From Deltaproteobacteria bacterium (GTDB taxonomy: Bacteria; Myxococcota_A; Polyangia; Fen-1088), in the NCBI GenBank assembly GCA_033763315.1, contig JANRKS010000024.1:161988-225987 (forward strand): a stretch of DNA of 64,000 nucleotides, written 5' to 3'. The notes below the pieces were generated by a model that did not search any database, was not told where the DNA came from, and worked only from the letters and a program-made list of their open reading frames with translations. Made by a program: the position numbers and the translations under genes. Below, piece by piece: positions 1 to 9,845 of this stretch (position 1 is the stretch's first letter; each line of letters starts with the position of its first letter).

Positions 1-37
1 GCCTCGGGGTTCGTGCAAGCGGCAGGCTGCTTGATGA

Positions 38-358
38 TTAGCTGGCGGCCACGTCGGTGCCGCTGCGCTTGGCAACGCGGACCAACTTGTCGCCGTCTTT
101 ACGGAAGCCAACGCGGGTGCCTTTGGTGGGCTCCTTCGGGTCGGCCAGCATGACGTTCGACACGTGGATGGCGCCTTCGCGCTCACTAATGCCACCACTT
201 TGGTTTTGCTGCGTGGGCTTCGTGTGGCGCTTCTGCATGTTGACCTTTTGGATCACCACGCGATCGGGGCTGTCAAAACGCAAGACCTCACCGGTTTTGC
301 CTTTGTCTTTGCCAGCGGTCACAACAACCGTGTCACCTTTGCGAATCCGAGCGGGCAT
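38..358 (-). CDS. rplX: 50S ribosomal protein L24
   Basis: [24 protein letters not shown] motif, [17 protein letters not shown]...RVAKRSG. The ATG overlaps the upstream rpmG stop (TAATG). Confidence 0.96.
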   Translation of the reverse strand: MPARIRKGDTVVVTAGKDKGKTGEVLRFDSPDRVVIQKVNMQKRHTKPTQQNQSGGISEREGAIHVSNVMLADPKEPTKGTRVGFRKDGDKLVRVAKRSGTDVAAS

Positions 359-519
359 TACTTCGTCTCCTTATAGTCAACATGCTTACGCGCCTTAGGA
401 TCGTATTTCTTGATTTGAATACGATCAGGCGTCGTGCGCTTGTTCTTCGTGGTGGTGTAGCGATGCCCCGTGCCCGCAGAGGACTCGAGTTGGACGATTA
501 CGCGGTTGCCTTTAGCCAT
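358..519 (-). CDS. rpmG: 50S ribosomal protein L33 (cysteine-free type)
   Basis: [53 protein letters not shown], 53 aa, with an AGGAG SD upstream. The track ORF 358..726 is over-extended. Confidence 0.96.
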   Translation of the reverse strand: MAKGNRVIVQLESSAGTGHRYTTTKNKRTTPDRIQIKKYDPKARKHVDYKETK

Positions 520-635
520 TTGATAACTCTCCTGCCCGAACAAACAAGGTGACGCAGGCCGAACACGGCTCAACCTCACCCCACGCGCGGGCCGAAGGGA
601 ATGCCACGGAAGAGCACAAGGGTCAAGTCCCGTCC

Positions 636-644
636 TGTGGATAA
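636..644. promoter_or_regulatory. Perfect DnaA box TGTGGATAA in the rpmG / kinase divergent intergenic region
   Basis: Exact match to the TTATCCACA consensus. Function is not demonstrated. Confidence 0.35.
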
Positions 645-850
645 AGTGGGAGATCCAAGGTCCGGTGGCTGGACCGGCTGTCACTCGCCGCCCAGCATCC
701 GTCGATCGAGCCTGTTTGCTTGACACATAAAGACAATCCTTCGCCGCCCTTTCGCAGGCAATTGACCGCGTTCATGTGGCTCACAACTTTATCCAGCGGT
801 GAGCCCTGGGGTCCAGCAGAGGACGGTCATGTTACGATGGCTACCCATTC

Positions 851-2977
851 ATGCGCAAACCCGAGCCGCCCCTCAACGAGCACGAGCGTTTACGAGCGCT
901 GGCCAGCTACGAGGTTCTGGATACGCCGCCTGAAAGCACCTTCGATGCCCTCACAACGATCGCCGCCCAGATCGTTAACACGCCCGTGGCTTTGGTTTCA
1001 CTGGTGGATGCAGGCAGGCAATGGTTCAAGTCACGCCATGGCCTTGAGGTGGAGTCCACGCCCCGCGACGTCTCGTTCTGCGGCCACGTGGTGCAAGAGG
1101 GTGGGGCCTTGGTCGTGGTCGACGCGCTGGCGGACCAAAGGTTTGCCGATAACCCATTGGTGGCGGGCGAATTGGGAATTCGCTTTTACGCGGGCATGCC
1201 TTTGCGTGACAGCGAAGGTTTCGTTTTGGGCACGTTGTGCGCCATCGATTTCAAGCCCCGCCAGATCACGGCCGACCAGCGCAAGGCGCTGGAGCTACTT
1301 GCGCAGCAAGTGGTCGCGCTGTTGGAATTGCGGCGCAGCACGCGGCTTCTACAGCAAGAGCGATCGCTACTGTTAGCGCGCGATCAAGAGCTCCGTGAAA
1401 GCCAAGAGCAGTTACGCGCGTTGTTCGAGGGAATGCAAGAAGGCGTCACCCTGCAGGACAGCGATAGCAAGATCATTGCCGCCAACAGCGCAGCCTTCGA
1501 GATTCTTGGTTTGACCAAAGATCAGCTGGAAGGGCGCACGTCTTTGGATCCCAGTTGGCGCTGTGTGCATGAAGACGGATCGCCTTTTCCTGGTGAAACG
1601 CATCCGTCGCTTGTCAGTCTGCAGACCGGCAGGCCCGTGACAAACGTCATCATGGGCGTGCATTCCTCCACCCGGCCGTTGGCATGGATCAGCATCAACG
1701 CGCGCCCTCTGTGGAAGGAAAATGCCACGCGGCCCCACGCGGTGATTGTGACCTTTCGAGACATCACAGACGAGCGAAACGCGGCCGATCTGGCGGCGCG
1801 CTTGGCAACACAGGAGCGGCTGGTCACCACCGGCACGCTGGCCGCAGGCATTGGTCACGAGATCAATTCGCCGTTGACCTACGTGATCTCGAACATCGAT
1901 TTCGCGCAGGAGGAACTGCGCGGCATGACCGATGGCTCAAGCAGCGTGAACATGGGCCGGCTGCGTGAGTTGGTGGACGTCATCACGGAGGCACGTGAGG
2001 GTGCCGAACGCGTGCGACGGATCGTTAGAGGGTTGAAGTCTTTGGCACGCGCGGCCGAGCCGCCACAACCCACCGATCTGCGCAACGTCATCGAAATGGC
2101 GATGAACATGTCGATGCATGAATTGCGGCCCAAGGCCACCGTGCTCGTCTCACCCATTTCGGTGCCGGCCGTTTTGGCGGACGAGTCTCGCCTGACGCAG
2201 GTGCTTGTGAATCTTTTGGTCAATGCCGCGCAGGCTTTCCCCCAAAGCGATCCCACCTGCAACCGCGTTGAGATCAATGTTGTGCCGTCGGCGTCGCACG
2301 TGGCCATCGAAGTGGCTGACAACGGTCCTGGCATCGCTCCCGAGGTGCTGCCTCGAATCTTTGATCCATTCTTCACCACCAAACCCGTGGGCAACGGCAC
2401 CGGCCTCGGCTTGTCCATCTCGCACTCGATCGTTACGTCGTTGGACGGTGAGTTGACCTGCGTCACGCAGCTTGGGATGGGAACCACGTTCCGGGTCGTG
2501 CTGCCGCTGCCAAAAACGCAACCGCCCGTTCGCCCCGCAGATGCGATGCAACCCTCCACGCCCCGCGGCAAAGTGCTGGTGGTTGACGACGACGTGTCGG
2601 TTCTGCGTTCCGTGTCCCGCCTGCTGATGGGCGAAAACGACGTTGTGACCATTAGTGATCCGCGAGAGGCGTACCAAGTGCTTCAGAGCGGTCAGCGATT
2701 TGACGTGGTGTTCTGCGACTTGATGATGCCGCACATGACAGGCGTCGAACTGTTACGCCTGGTTTCACAAACGATTCCCGGGATGGCGGAACGGTTTGTT
2801 CTGATCACCGGTGGCGTCGTCCGAGAGGATATGCAGGAATTTCTGGCTGGGATCAGCAACGAGCGGCTAGAAAAGCCCTTCAGCACGCGGCAGATTCGGG
2901 GGGTTGTGCGGCGGTTCGTCTCCGAAGGCCCTGCCGAAGGTCAGCCGCCTCAGGTCATGGTGACCCACAGCCGATGA
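851..2977 (+). CDS. Hybrid sensor histidine kinase (GAF-PAS-HisKA-HATPase-REC)
   Basis: GAF (ERLRALASYEVLDT...RFYAGMPL), PAS, H-box AGIGHEINSP, N-box NLLVNAAQA, G boxes DNGPG/FTTKPVGNGTGLGL, receiver VVDDD...CDLMMP. Confidence 0.93.
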   Translation: MRKPEPPLNEHERLRALASYEVLDTPPESTFDALTTIAAQIVNTPVALVSLVDAGRQWFKSRHGLEVESTPRDVSFCGHVVQEGGALVVVDALADQRFADNPLVAGELGIRFYAGMPLRDSEGFVLGTLCAIDFKPRQITADQRKALELLAQQVVALLELRRSTRLLQQERSLLLARDQELRESQEQLRALFEGMQEGVTLQDSDSKIIAANSAAFEILGLTKDQLEGRTSLDPSWRCVHEDGSPFPGETHPSLVSLQTGRPVTNVIMGVHSSTRPLAWISINARPLWKENATRPHAVIVTFRDITDERNAADLAARLATQERLVTTGTLAAGIGHEINSPLTYVISNIDFAQEELRGMTDGSSSVNMGRLRELVDVITEAREGAERVRRIVRGLKSLARAAEPPQPTDLRNVIEMAMNMSMHELRPKATVLVSPISVPAVLADESRLTQVLVNLLVNAAQAFPQSDPTCNRVEINVVPSASHVAIEVADNGPGIAPEVLPRIFDPFFTTKPVGNGTGLGLSISHSIVTSLDGELTCVTQLGMGTTFRVVLPLPKTQPPVRPADAMQPSTPRGKVLVVDDDVSVLRSVSRLLMGENDVVTISDPREAYQVLQSGQRFDVVFCDLMMPHMTGVELLRLVSQTIPGMAERFVLITGGVVREDMQEFLAGISNERLEKPFSTRQIRGVVRRFVSEGPAEGQPPQVMVTHSR

Positions 2978-2984
2978 GATCATC

Positions 2985-3365
2985 ATGGCGCGCCCCGCAG
3001 TTGCCAACCCCCACCAAGCAAAGCGGCGTGCCCCCCGCGTGCGGCCAGCCAAGGGCCACCCCATCGAAATCCAAATCATCGGCGGTGAATTCTTGGATAT
3101 TTTCCACGCCCGCAACATCAGCGAAGGTGGCGTGAAGGTTATGGTGCCCCATCTCTTTGAGGGCTGCGACGTGGACCACGAGGTGGATCTCATTGTCACC
3201 CTCCCGGGGGGCCGGCCCTTTAGTACAAGAGGACGCATTCGGCACCGTCAAGATGCGGGCGACGTTCGCGCGTTCGGTGTGCAGTTGATCCGGCTGTCAA
3301 ACGCCGACCGGGCCAGCGTGGCAGCCTACGTGCAAAAGCGTTTAGCCGAGGGCGGCGAGACCTAA
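2985..3365 (+). CDS. PilZ domain protein
   Basis: RxxxR (RRAPR) and NxSxGG (NISEGG) motifs; FGVQL strand. Confidence 0.85.
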   Translation: MARPAVANPHQAKRRAPRVRPAKGHPIEIQIIGGEFLDIFHARNISEGGVKVMVPHLFEGCDVDHEVDLIVTLPGGRPFSTRGRIRHRQDAGDVRAFGVQLIRLSNADRASVAAYVQKRLAEGGET

Positions 3366-3533
3366 AACGGGACTTCCGGCCCAGTGGGCGGGTCGCTGGC
3401 GCGCCTTTCTTCAGGCGACGGCAAACGAAAAGCGGGCCAGAAGTCTTACGCCCGGCTGCTAAGCTCGGGCGGTGTTTTTCGCGGTCCCCCCAGCGCCCTC
3501 GTCGCTTGCATTCTTTCACCCAAGGCACCAGGC

Positions 3534-4313
3534 ATGAAGGTAGGCCTATTCATTCCTTGTTACGTGGATCAGCTCTATCCCGACGTGGCCATGGCCACCG
3601 TCGAGGTGTTGGAGCGGTTCGGCGTGCACGCCGACTTTCCCACAGCACAAACTTGCTGTGGCCAACCGATGGCCAACTCCGGTTGCACCGGTGACACCCG
3701 GCCTTTGGCCGAAGCGTTCTTGCGCATCTTCTCAGGGTACGATTACGTCGTTTGCCCGTCGGGTTCGTGCGTGTCGATGGTTCGCCACCACTACGAAGAA
3801 TACTTCCACAACAACCCCACGTTCGAGGCGCTTAAAGCGCGCACATTCGAGCTGTGCGAGTTCTTGGTGGATGTGCTCAAGATAAAGAGCGTCGCGGGCA
3901 AGTTCCCGCACAAGGTGGGGCTGCATCAAAGCTGCCACGGCCTGCGCGAGCTTCACCTGGGGCCGCCCACCGAGTTGATGAACAAAGGCACGCCCAACAA
4001 GGTCAAGCAGTTGCTAGCTGAACTCGACGGCATCGAATTCACGTCGTTGCAGCGGCCCGATGAGTGCTGTGGGTTCGGCGGCACGTTTGCCGTGGCGGAA
4101 GAGGCTGTGTCTTGCATGATGGGCCAGGATCGCTTGGCCGATCACCAGCAGGCGGGCACGCATGTGTTAACCGCTGCGGATATGTCGTGCTTGATGCATC
4201 TTGAAGGGCTGCTGCGCCGCCAGGGCAAAGACGTGGCTGTGATGCACGTCGCGCAGATCTTGGCGGGGCGCGAACCACAGTTTGCGAGCCAACGAGGAGG
4301 CACCTCATCATGA
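3534..4313 (+). CDS. lutA: Lactate utilization protein A (CCG-domain Fe-S oxidoreductase, LutA/LldE family)
   Basis: MKVGLFIPCYVD, QTCCGQP, PSGSC, HQSCH, ECCGFGGTF. Start moved to the ATG at 3534. Confidence 0.88.
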   Translation: MKVGLFIPCYVDQLYPDVAMATVEVLERFGVHADFPTAQTCCGQPMANSGCTGDTRPLAEAFLRIFSGYDYVVCPSGSCVSMVRHHYEEYFHNNPTFEALKARTFELCEFLVDVLKIKSVAGKFPHKVGLHQSCHGLRELHLGPPTELMNKGTPNKVKQLLAELDGIEFTSLQRPDECCGFGGTFAVAEEAVSCMMGQDRLADHQQAGTHVLTAADMSCLMHLEGLLRRQGKDVAVMHVAQILAGREPQFASQRGGTSS

Positions 4314-5755
4314 GCCACCCATCCGCCCAACCTCACAGCGCGGGCCACCCGGCCGCCGCCGACGCCTTCGTGGCGAACGAACCGCGCGCGCATTGGCACG
4401 ACAAAGCCCTGTGGTTTATCCGCGAGAAGCGTGACCGCGCGGCAGCGTCATTGCCGGAATGGGAGACGTTGCGTGACCGCGCGGCTCAGATCAAGGCGCA
4501 CACGATCGCAAACCTGCCGCACTACCTTGAAGAATTTGAGGCCAACGCGCAGCGCATGGGCGTCAAGGTGCATTGGGCCGCCGACGCCAAAGAGCACAAC
4601 AAGATCGTGCTCGGCATCCTGCAACAACACAACGCCAAGAAGGTTGTGAAGAGCAAGTCGATGCTCACAGAGGAATGCCACCTCAATCCCTTCCTCGAAC
4701 AACATGGCATCGAGGTGGTGGACACGGATCTTGGCGAACGCATTGTGCAGCTGCGCGAGGAGCCACCCAGCCACATCGTGTTGCCTGCGATCCACTTGAA
4801 GAAGCAGGACGTGGGCGACACCTTCGCCACTCACTTGGGCACCACGCCGGGCGCTGACGATCCGCAATACCTCACGGAGGCCGCGCGCGGGCACCTGCGT
4901 GAAAAATTTGTGGCGGCCGATGTGGGCATCACCGGTGTGAATTTCGCGGTTGCCGAAACGGGCGGCATCGTGGTGTGTACGAATGAAGGCAACGCTGATC
5001 TCGGTGTAGCGCTGCCGTCTGTGCACATCGCCTGCATGGGCATCGAGAAGCTGCTGCCGCGCGCCGCCGACTTGGCCGTGTTCGTGCGCTTGTTGGCACG
5101 CTCTGCCACGGGGCAGCCCATCACCACATACACATCACACTTTCACGGGCCGCGCCCCGGCTGTGAGCTGCACATTGTGATGGTGGACAATGGCCGCAGC
5201 GACATCCGCGCCAGTGACGACTTTCGGCGATCGCTTAACTGCATTCGCTGTGGCGCGTGCATGAACACGTGCCCCGTTTACCGCCGCAGTGGTGGCCACA
5301 GCTACGGCAGCACGGTGCCCGGCCCCATCGGTTCGATTCTTTCGCCAGCGATGGAGCCGGAAAAACACAAATCATTGCCGTTCGCGTGCAGCTTGTGCGG
5401 CTCGTGCACAGACGTGTGCCCGGTGAAGATCGATCTGCACCACCAGTTGCTGACGTTCCGCCGCGAGTTGGCGCTCAAGAACCTGATCCCGCTGTCAAAG
5501 CGCGTCTCGATGAAGCTGCTGTCGTTCGTTCTCTCTCGCACGTGGCTGTTCGCCGTGGGCGGCAAAGTTATGCGGTGGGTGATGCCGAAGCTGCCGCGTT
5601 TCATGGTTTACAACCGCATGAACGCCTGGGGCAAACAACGCGAGCTGCCACCGATGCCGCCCCAATCCTTCCGCGAGCTTTACGCCATCCGCAAACACAT
5701 GGTGAACAAGCCCAACGGGGAGGCCTCCAGCCATTCCACAAAGGGCGCGGCATGA
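4310..5755 (+). CDS. lutB: Lactate utilization protein B (LutB/LldF family)
   Basis: KSKSM, DTDLGE, PSHIVLPAIH, TNEGN, CIRCGACMNTCP and CSLCGSCTDVCP 4Fe-4S motifs. Confidence 0.92.
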   Translation: MSHPSAQPHSAGHPAAADAFVANEPRAHWHDKALWFIREKRDRAAASLPEWETLRDRAAQIKAHTIANLPHYLEEFEANAQRMGVKVHWAADAKEHNKIVLGILQQHNAKKVVKSKSMLTEECHLNPFLEQHGIEVVDTDLGERIVQLREEPPSHIVLPAIHLKKQDVGDTFATHLGTTPGADDPQYLTEAARGHLREKFVAADVGITGVNFAVAETGGIVVCTNEGNADLGVALPSVHIACMGIEKLLPRAADLAVFVRLLARSATGQPITTYTSHFHGPRPGCELHIVMVDNGRSDIRASDDFRRSLNCIRCGACMNTCPVYRRSGGHSYGSTVPGPIGSILSPAMEPEKHKSLPFACSLCGSCTDVCPVKIDLHHQLLTFRRELALKNLIPLSKRVSMKLLSFVLSRTWLFAVGGKVMRWVMPKLPRFMVYNRMNAWGKQRELPPMPPQSFRELYAIRKHMVNKPNGEASSHSTKGAA

Positions 5756-6351
5756 ACGCGCGCGAGAAAATCCTTACGAAGCTTCGGCAACAAGTGTTGC
5801 CCGTGCCGCCGTTGCCCGGCCCGGACGGACCGTGGATAACGTACGCCGATAGGGCCGCGCAGTTTTCGGCGGCGTTGGCCACGGTGGGGGGGCAAGCCGT
5901 GCGGGTGGCCTCGCAAGCCGAAGCCTTGTCGCATCTGGCGCAGTTGCCCGTGATGGCGAAGGCCAAACGTGTGGCCTCGTTTTTACCCGACGTTGACCGC
6001 GCGAACGTGGATCTGAACCTCGTCACAGATCCCCACACGCTCGAAGACGTGGACGTCACTTTGGTGCAGGGGCAATTCGGTGTCGCGGAAAACGCGGCCG
6101 TGTGGATCCAGGAAAACAGCGCCCCGCTGCGCGCGAGTTTGTTCATCTGCCAGCACCTGGTGATCTTGCTGCCCGAGCGGGATCTCATCGACAACATGCA
6201 CCAGGCCTATGAACGCATCGGCCGCTTCGGCCCGGGATTCGGCGTCTTTGTGTCAGGACCGTCTAAAACCGCGGACATCGAGCAGTCGCTGGTCATCGGC
6301 GCGCACGGCGCCCGGTCGGCAACCCTTTACCTTCTGCAAAACGATCGATAG
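5752..6351 (+). CDS. lutC: Lactate utilization protein C (LUD domain, LutC/LldG family)
   Basis: MNAREKIL, FGVAENAAVW, FVSGPSKTADIEQSLVIGAHG. ATGA overlap with lutB. Confidence 0.9.
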   Translation: MNAREKILTKLRQQVLPVPPLPGPDGPWITYADRAAQFSAALATVGGQAVRVASQAEALSHLAQLPVMAKAKRVASFLPDVDRANVDLNLVTDPHTLEDVDVTLVQGQFGVAENAAVWIQENSAPLRASLFICQHLVILLPERDLIDNMHQAYERIGRFGPGFGVFVSGPSKTADIEQSLVIGAHGARSATLYLLQNDR

Positions 6352-6361
6352 CCTGCGGGTT

Positions 6362-7192
6362 ATGTCGCTTCCCCCTTTGAGCCGAAGGAACCTGCTGTGG
6401 TCCGCCGCCGCAGGCGTTGCTGCCAGCCAGCTTAGCCACCCCGTCCGTGCCGAAGAGCCTGCCGGTCCGCCACCGGTGCTGCCGCGCACGAAAGGCCCCA
6501 AGAACGCCCTGTTCGTTTACGGTGGATGGGACGGGCATCAACCGGAAAAATGCCGTGACATTTTTGTGCCGTGGCTGAAGAAGCAAGGCTTCAAGGTTAC
6601 GGTGTCCAACAATTTGGACCCATACGCCGACCTCAAGCTCATGTCATCGCTCGATCTCATCGTGCAGATCTGGACGATGGGCACGATCAAGAAGGAACAA
6701 TTGAGCGGCCTGCTCAATGCCGTTCGTGGCGGCGTGGGCATCGCCGGGTGGCACGGCGGCCTAGGTGATGCCTTCCGACAAGAAACCGAATACCAATTCA
6801 TGATTGGCGGCCAATGGGTGGCTCACCCGGGTGGCGTCATCGGATACAAGGTGAATGTGACGGAGCATGAAGATCCGATCACGCGCGGCGTGCCCGACTT
6901 CGACCTCAAGTCGGAGCAATATTACATGCACGTCGATCCGAACAACAAAGTGTTGGCCACCACCAGGTTCACCGCTGAGCACGCGTCATGGATTGAAGAC
7001 GCGGTGATGCCCGTGGCATGGAAGAAGGTGTATGGCAAAGGCCGCGTGTTTTACACGTCCATGGGCCACAACGTGGATGTCTTCGATCGCCCCGAAGCTT
7101 TGGGCATCACCCAACGCGGAATTCTGTGGGCCAGCGACAGCCGCCGCGAAGACACGCAGAACTTGATCTCGCCCGCTTACCCTTCTCGCTGA
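6362..7192 (+). CDS. Tat-exported ThuA-like (class I glutamine amidotransferase-like fold) protein
   Basis: SRRNLL twin-arginine signal; GGWDGHQP, GWHGG, GGQWVAHPG, SEQYYMH, YGKGRVFYTSMGH. Confidence 0.82.
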   Translation: MSLPPLSRRNLLWSAAAGVAASQLSHPVRAEEPAGPPPVLPRTKGPKNALFVYGGWDGHQPEKCRDIFVPWLKKQGFKVTVSNNLDPYADLKLMSSLDLIVQIWTMGTIKKEQLSGLLNAVRGGVGIAGWHGGLGDAFRQETEYQFMIGGQWVAHPGGVIGYKVNVTEHEDPITRGVPDFDLKSEQYYMHVDPNNKVLATTRFTAEHASWIEDAVMPVAWKKVYGKGRVFYTSMGHNVDVFDRPEALGITQRGILWASDSRREDTQNLISPAYPSR

Positions 7193-7200
7193 ACGCCGTC

Positions 7201-8697
7201 ATGAACATTCGCCTCTACAACACGCTCACGAGCCAAAAAGAAGTTTTGGCGCCGCTCAACCCCGGGCATTACCGCATGTACGTGTGCGGCCCCACGGTTT
7301 ACGATCTTGCACACATCGGCCATGCGCGCTGCTACGTCATCTACGACGTGCTCGCGCGGCACCTGCGCGCGCGCGGGCTGCAGGTCACCTACGTTCGCAA
7401 CGTTACAGACGTGGATGATAAGATCATCAACCGTGCCCGTGAGCTGGGCGAAGATCCGGTGGCGCTCGCGGCACGCGTGAGCGTGGCCTATGAGGAAGAT
7501 TTCGCGGCGCTGTTCATCTTGCCGCCCGACATCGAGCCACGCGTAAGCCAACATCTGGATGAGATTCGCGGCTTCATCACGAAGCTGATTGATCGCGGCG
7601 TGGCTTATGAATCAGATGGCGACGTGTATTTTCACGTGCCGGCTTTTCCCGCTTACGGCAAGCTCTCCCACCGCAAAATGGATGAGCTGGCGATGGGCGC
7701 CAGCGGCCGCACGGAAGATGAAGAGGCAGCACGCAAACGCAACCCCGCCGATTTTGCGCTGTGGAAGAAGGCGCATCCAGGTGAGGTAAGTTGGCCGAGC
7801 CCCTGGGGCCCAGGCCGCCCGGGGTGGCACATCGAATGTTCAGCGATGAGCGGCAAACACCTGGGTGAATCGTTTGACTTGCACGGCGGTGGCTTGGATC
7901 TTGTGTTCCCGCACCACGAGAACGAGATTGCGCAAACCGAAGCGTGCACCGGCCACGCCATGGCCACGCTGTGGATGCACAACGGCTTTGTGCAGGTGAA
8001 CAAAGAAAAGATGTCGAAGAGCCTCGGCAACTTCTTCGGTTGCCGCGATGTCTTCGCGAAGGCCGAACCAGAAGCCGTGCGCTTTGGCATGTTCACGGTG
8101 CATTACCGCTCGCCGTTGAACCTCGACTGGACGCAAGACGAGTCGGGCAAGGTCACGGGCTTCCCTTTGTTCGAGGAGGCCGAGCGACGTCTTGAATATC
8201 TTTACGAAGCGCGGCTGCGCGTGGCCGGCATTCCCGATAAGCGCATCGGCGGCAAAGAAGAAGCGCCACCGCCTGAGCTTGGCATGTTCGCAGAACGTCT
8301 GGCGGAAAGCCTGGACGACGATCTGAACATGCCGGTGGCCTTGGCACACACGAACGATTTCCTGCGTGCAGCGAATGAGCTGTGCGATCGGGCGCTGGGC
8401 AAGGGCGGGCAGGTGCCGGCGTCGTGGCTTGCCGCCGCGCAAGGGGGCTTTTCGGCGTTGGCCCAGCACCTGGGCGTGGGCACGCAAGATCCCGAATTGT
8501 TCTTACGGCGCGTGCGCGACCGACGCGCCAAGACGGCCGGCATTGAGCCCGCCTGGGTCGATGAACAACTGGTGGCGCGCGCCAACGCCCGCAAGGACAA
8601 AAACTTCGCGCTTTCGGACCAGGTTCGTGACGTTTTGGCCGCCAAAGGCGTCAAAATTCTGGATACGCCTGCAGGCACCACCTGGAAGCTGGCCTAA
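7201..8697 (+). CDS. cysS: Cysteine--tRNA ligase
   Basis: MYVCGPTVY, HIGH, DFALWK, GRPGWHIECSAM, FPHHENE, KMSKSLGN. Confidence 0.97.
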   Translation: MNIRLYNTLTSQKEVLAPLNPGHYRMYVCGPTVYDLAHIGHARCYVIYDVLARHLRARGLQVTYVRNVTDVDDKIINRARELGEDPVALAARVSVAYEEDFAALFILPPDIEPRVSQHLDEIRGFITKLIDRGVAYESDGDVYFHVPAFPAYGKLSHRKMDELAMGASGRTEDEEAARKRNPADFALWKKAHPGEVSWPSPWGPGRPGWHIECSAMSGKHLGESFDLHGGGLDLVFPHHENEIAQTEACTGHAMATLWMHNGFVQVNKEKMSKSLGNFFGCRDVFAKAEPEAVRFGMFTVHYRSPLNLDWTQDESGKVTGFPLFEEAERRLEYLYEARLRVAGIPDKRIGGKEEAPPPELGMFAERLAESLDDDLNMPVALAHTNDFLRAANELCDRALGKGGQVPASWLAAAQGGFSALAQHLGVGTQDPELFLRRVRDRRAKTAGIEPAWVDEQLVARANARKDKNFALSDQVRDVLAAKGVKILDTPAGTTWKLA

Positions 8698-8785
8698 AAG
8701 GATCAGGAAACGTTCCGCCATTGACGAATGTCGTTCATTTGTCTGTGAGCTGCGGCAGACTCGAGGTTACCTGGGAGGGTAACCT

Positions 8786-9703
8786 TTGCCGCAAGCAGTT
8801 CTACGCGGATGTGTATTGGTTCTTTGGGGCTTTGTGGCCTGTGCACCCGCCGGCGAACCGGACGTTGCCGATTCGGACGATCCCGATGCCGGCAGCGCAC
8901 AGGGGGGCGCCGATGAACCGGCACAAAGTGGCGGCTCGGGTGGCGAGCGGGCGTTGGACGCCGGCGCCCTGGGTGGGCAAGGGCAAGCGGGCAAGGGCGG
9001 CGGCGGTGGCGACACGAAACTCGACGCGGCGCTTTCTACCGATGCAAGCGGCGGTCAGCCCGCGGCGGCTGGTGCCTGCAAAGCCCTGTTCTGCGAAGAT
9101 TTTGAGGCCGCCGATACGATCAACACCAAAGTGTGGACCGTCCGCAACGACAACGGCAACAGCGTCACGCTGGACAAGGGAATGGTGGCGCACGGTCAAC
9201 GATCGGCGAAGTTCCACGCCGCGGCGAACTCACGCCTCTCGATGATCTTCGCCAAGCTCACGCCGCTGGCAGTCCGTCAGCATCTGTGGGGTCGCGCCTA
9301 TTTCTATGTGACGCCTGAACCCCCGGAGGGCCATACGGCATTCGTCACAGCAGGCACGATGGACGGCTATTCGAATAGCGACGATCACCAGGAGATCGCT
9401 GGCTACCAAAACTCTTGGCAGCTCGGCTTCTGGGGCAATGGCGAGATCATCTCGGCGGGCGGCAAGATTCCACTCAAACGCTGGGCATGCATCGAGTGGG
9501 AGATGAACAACGAGGTGGGCAACATGACAGTGTATGTCGACGGCGCCAAAAGCCACGCCGGCGCCGGCTACGGCAAAAACAAAATCGCCAGTGGTTTCAC
9601 GGATGTGGCTTTTGGTTTTCGCAGCTGGCACCCCGCGAACTACGTGGTCGATATTTGGATGGACGACATAGCGATCAGTGACCAGCGCGTGGGCTGCCTT
9701 TAG
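8786..9703 (+). CDS. Putative lipoprotein with Gly-rich linker and beta-sandwich (Cip1/lectin-like) domain
   Basis: Lipobox-like FVAC, Gly/Ala/Asp linker, LFCEDFE...RWACIEW...DIWMDDIAISDQRVGC. Start uncertain. Confidence 0.65.
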   Translation: MPQAVLRGCVLVLWGFVACAPAGEPDVADSDDPDAGSAQGGADEPAQSGGSGGERALDAGALGGQGQAGKGGGGGDTKLDAALSTDASGGQPAAAGACKALFCEDFEAADTINTKVWTVRNDNGNSVTLDKGMVAHGQRSAKFHAAANSRLSMIFAKLTPLAVRQHLWGRAYFYVTPEPPEGHTAFVTAGTMDGYSNSDDHQEIAGYQNSWQLGFWGNGEIISAGGKIPLKRWACIEWEMNNEVGNMTVYVDGAKSHAGAGYGKNKIASGFTDVAFGFRSWHPANYVVDIWMDDIAISDQRVGCL

Positions 9704-9845
9704 ACGCCTGCTTGGCTAAGTGCGAACCGCACTGATGAGAGGAGTGAATTATGTGACGCAAGGATGAACGTCCGCAATACAAGGGCCCGGCTTTCGCGCA
9801 GGCTCTGTAAGTGCGTCTTAGGACGAGAGCCCGTACCATTGATGA

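Noticed and set aside
520-726. Apparent N-terminal extension of L33, or a hidden rpmB
   Set aside because: A strong SD precedes ATG 519 and the extension does not resemble L28.
9719-9750. CTGATGAG next to a small AGTGCG/CGCACT hairpin, resembling a hammerhead ribozyme core
   Set aside because: I could not find a stem II followed by GAAA, or a matching stem III.
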